A stretch of DNA of 13,233 nt from Salpingoeca rosetta (lineage: Eukaryota > Protista > Choanoflagellata). Below are positions 10,306 through 13,233 of the stretch, piece by piece. Position numbers and translations under genes: made by a program. Below the pieces are notes generated by a model. It saw nothing but the letters and a program-made list of their open reading frames with translations, ran no database searches and had not been told where the DNA came from. Numbering within the stretch: the first letter of the stretch is position 1; every line of letters starts with the position of its first letter. The stretch covers positions 173,716 to 186,948 of the forward strand of contig JAWQFM010000025.1 of the NCBI GenBank assembly GCA_033442325.1, read 5' to 3'.

Positions 10306-10582
10306 TTGGTTGCTTGGTTTTGTGTTCTTTGCGCGCGTGCTTGTTCTGCTGGACGCATACTTTGTTTTGCTTGCCGTGTTTGGCTGGTTGCTTTCCTTGC
10401 CGTTCGTTGAGTTACCTTACTTGTTTGCTCCAACGATGCTTGTTATGTTGAACCACAGCACTGTGTCTGTGTTCGCATGTTGGTTTCGGTTATGTTACAC
10501 TCACATGAACCATGACAGTTGCGGTTCATGGACTGCGAGGTGCTGTGAACACACGCGCTTGCTGTCACACATTTACGCTCGC

Positions 10583-10676
10583 ACAGAGAGACACGGAGAG
10601 AGACAAAGACAGAGAGAGAGACAGAGAGAGACAGAGAGAGACAGAGAGAGAGAGAGAGACAGACACACACACACAC
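10583..10676. repeat. Compound (GA)n/(GACA) + (CA)n microsatellite, intergenic
   Basis: Directly visible. Confidence 0.9.
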
Positions 10677-11182
10677 GTTCATCTTCTGTCACAACTGCCT
10701 GCCTCCTTGTCATGTGTTCATTTCAACCCTTCTTTTGCACTTCGTGATGAAGCCGTGGTGGGGGTACAACACAGCAAGACACCGACATCGTGTGCCGTGT
10801 GTGCTCTGTTCTTGTTGATCCAGTGATGAGCTGATGAAGGAAGGTTGAGGGAGGGAAGGAAGGCTGAGGGATGGATGGAAGGCTGTCTCAAGGATGGATG
10901 CGTTTCAACGTGCTTCCTTTCCACAACAAACACACACACACACACACAACAGTGAACTTGCTTGCTTGTGTGGCTGGAAATCCAATGCACGATTCCCAAC
11001 AATCGTCCACAACCACCACCAGCCAAAACGCCACAAACAACCACTGATCCAATCCTGTCTTCTCTTCTCTTGGTGCTGCGCCTGCCCTGCAAACAGACAC
11101 ACGAACGAGGAAGGAGGGAGGCACAGTTAACTTCTACTTCTGTTCTTTCCTTCTTCTCCTCCTCTTCCACTCTTCTTGTGCG

Positions 11183-12478
11183 ATGAGAATGGTGGGGTGC
11201 CTGCAGGCACGTGGGGTTCTGCTGCTCCCCGTGCTGCTGGTGGCGGCGGCAGTGTGCTGGATGCCGTTTGACAGCAGCGTTGCTGGAGAGGTGACGCTGG
11301 AGGAGGACGATGCGGGCGCGTTTCACATCAACACGAGCGATCCCATGAGCCAGCCGGTGTTTCTGAACGGCCTGAATGTGCACGATACCCTCAGCATGTT
11401 GATGAGCACCGTGTCGGCGCAGCAGAGCCTCAACGCTGCGCAGGAGGGCGTGATCGATGCACAACGGAGTGCGATTTCGGCTCAGCAGAGGGCGATTGAC
11501 CGTGTCCGTGGCGAAGTGTGCACCCCAAGTGCCACGACGATTGGACAACTGAGCTCAACCACCAACAAGTGGCTTGGCGGTGTGTTGGCAAACAATGGTT
11601 TCATCTATGCCGCACCGTACTACGCATCCTCTGTGCTCATCATCGACCCCAGCACCAACACCATCGATACGACTACCATCTCCGACCTTGGAACTGACTC
11701 GGGAAAATGGGCGGGTGGTGTGCGGGCTGACAACGGCCTCATTTACATGTTCTCTTCACGAAGGGAAACGATGCTTATCATTGACCCAAGTACCAACACC
11801 GTGGACACATCAAGCATCCACTCGCTTGGCTCCGGTGAAAAAAAATGGTTTAGCGGGGTTGTGGCCAGCAACGGCCTCATCTTTGGCATCCCATACTTTG
11901 CAACCTTCGTGCTGATCATTGATCCCGAGACCAACACAGCTGACACCACCACGCTGTCCGGACTAATGAGCCAGAGGTACAAGTGGTTTGAGGGGGTGCA
12001 AGCAGACAATGGTTTAATTTACTGCATTCCCGTCTCAGCTTCCTCCGTTCTAATCATTAACCCAGACACCTTGGCGATGGACCTCACAACCATTAGTGGT
12101 CTGGGAACACACGTTAAGTGGCGTGGCGGGGTGCTTGCACACAATGGCCTCATCTACACCATTCCCACTTACTCTGCGACGACACTGGTTATCAACACCT
12201 CCACCAACGTCACTGACGTGCTTGTTGTTGTAGATGCGATGAGCTCTTCGAAGTGGATTGGCGGTGTGCTCGCACCCAACGGCAACGTCATCGGTATCCC
12301 ATACAGGTCCTCATCAGTCCTCATCTTCGACCCAAGCAATAACACCACCGACACTACGACTGTTAACGACCTTGGGGGCGACAACAAATGGTGGGATGGC
12401 GTGCTCGCCCAAAACGGCCTCATCTATGGCATCCCACGCGATGCTGAATCTGTCCTCGTCATCGACCCAGGGTGCTGA
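11183..12478 (+). CDS. Intronless secreted protein, 431 aa: signal peptide, short beta-rich segment, coiled-coil stalk, 7-bladed beta-propeller (KWxGGVLAxNGxIYxIP repeats)
   Basis: Hydrophobic N-terminus VLLLPVLLVAAAVCW; heptads VSAQQSL/NAAQEGV/IDAQRSA/ISAQQRA/IDRV; seven 45-46-aa repeats KWxGGVLAxNGLIYxIPxxAxSVLIIDPxTNTxDTTTIxxLG (the last is truncated after IDPGC). The propeller fold is inferred from the four-strand pattern. Confidence 0.85.
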   Translation: MRMVGCLQARGVLLLPVLLVAAAVCWMPFDSSVAGEVTLEEDDAGAFHINTSDPMSQPVFLNGLNVHDTLSMLMSTVSAQQSLNAAQEGVIDAQRSAISAQQRAIDRVRGEVCTPSATTIGQLSSTTNKWLGGVLANNGFIYAAPYYASSVLIIDPSTNTIDTTTISDLGTDSGKWAGGVRADNGLIYMFSSRRETMLIIDPSTNTVDTSSIHSLGSGEKKWFSGVVASNGLIFGIPYFATFVLIIDPETNTADTTTLSGLMSQRYKWFEGVQADNGLIYCIPVSASSVLIINPDTLAMDLTTISGLGTHVKWRGGVLAHNGLIYTIPTYSATTLVINTSTNVTDVLVVVDAMSSSKWIGGVLAPNGNVIGIPYRSSSVLIFDPSNNTTDTTTVNDLGGDNKWWDGVLAQNGLIYGIPRDAESVLVIDPGC

Positions 12479-12891
12479 TGCGTACTTTGTGCGCACATAT
12501 TGTGTGCAAATGGGAGTGTGTGCGCACGATTTTGTGCATGTGCGCGTGTCTCCCTGCCACTCTTCTCTTTGTGATTCACCACCTCCTCTCCAAGCACACA
12601 CCTGCCGTTACTTTTCACCTCCTGTGTTTGTTTATTGGTTTTGTGTCGTTCCTTCCACACCAATGAGACACCGAACATTCCACGGGCACCATGAACAGCA
12701 ACAAGGCATGCGCCATCCAGTCTCTCCGATCCCCCCCCACACACACACACGCACGCACGACCTAACTGCAAGACAAAAATGCAAGCGACACAGTGAGCAG
12801 AGCAGCAAGCAAACACATTGCATCACATTCCACGTGCATAACACACGCACGTCCCAACACGGGAGCAATTGTGCCCCCTTTTGCTCCCCTG

Positions 12892-13128
12892 CTACTTCCT
12901 GCTCATCTGCTTGTCCATGGCGCCATCACGCGTCTTCACATCATCATCATCATCACCGCCATCATCGCCATCAGCGCCGCCCACGTGGCCGACGTCAACA
13001 GCGGTGTCGCTGGCGTCCTGCACGTCTTCATCGCCGGTGAGCTGGTCCTGTTTCTCCACGAGATCGACAATCGCTTGCAGGTGATCCGGGTGCACGTCCA
13101 CACCCTCGTACGCAATCAGATTCAGCAC
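12892..13128 (-). CDS. LETM1: Terminal exon of a gene entering from the right, probably a LETM1 homologue (mitochondrial inner-membrane cation/H+ exchanger)
   Basis: The acceptor tcgcag|GTG is preceded by (CA)n and a C-tract. VLNLIAYEGVDVHPDHLQAIVDLVEKQD aligns without gaps to the metazoan LETM1 C-terminus as I recall it ([28 protein letters not shown]). An acidic tail and TAG follow. Only 78 aa are visible, so the symbol is tentative. Confidence 0.55.
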   Translation of the reverse strand: MLNLIAYEGVDVHPDHLQAIVDLVEKQDQLTGDEDVQDASDTAVDVGHVGGADGDDGGDDDDDVKTRDGAMDKQMSRK

Positions 13129-13140
13129 CTGCGAGATGTT

Positions 13141-13163
13141 GGGGGGGGGGGGAGGGGATGTTG

Positions 13164-13233
<70 letters not shown>
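13141..13233. repeat. G-run plus (GT)n; reads (CA)n + C-tract at the 3' end of the last intron of the minus-strand gene
   Basis: Directly visible; runs off the window edge. Confidence 0.9.

Noticed and set aside
10718-11548. 276-aa minus-strand ORF, and the 260-aa plus-strand ORF at 12258-13040
   Set aside because: They overlap better-supported genes and UTR repeats, have low-complexity composition and show no domain signal.

Overview
Intron-containing eukaryotic DNA rich in (CA)/(GT) microsatellites. The style and gene families suggest a choanoflagellate such as Salpingoeca rosetta (inference, not a database result). By manual splicing I find five genes. (1) A minus-strand SLK/STK10-like STE20 kinase (1475 to beyond the left edge) with frameshifts and catalytic-motif substitutions, probably an unprocessed pseudogene. 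(2) Head-to-head with it, a 4-exon ~1315-aa receptor kinase: signal peptide, putative furin-cleaved N-terminal segment, LRR ectodomain, EGF-like stub, TM helix and TKL-type kinase. (3) A 2-exon ~1069-aa protein in which a TIR/HET-like domain keeping the WCxxE glutamate is fused, with no NTPase domain, to 18 kinesin-light-chain-type TPRs. The ORF track splits this domain across an intron. (4) An intronless 431-aa secreted protein with a putative trimeric coiled-coil stalk and a 7-bladed beta-propeller. (5) The minus-strand last exon of a probable LETM1 homologue. The strongest candidate for a new system is the TIR/HET-TPR protein, which sits in a tandem run of three repeat-based recognition proteins (surface, cytosolic, secreted) and may be an innate-immunity or bacteria-sensing locus. 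Microsatellite orientation also follows exon/intron structure in most cases.
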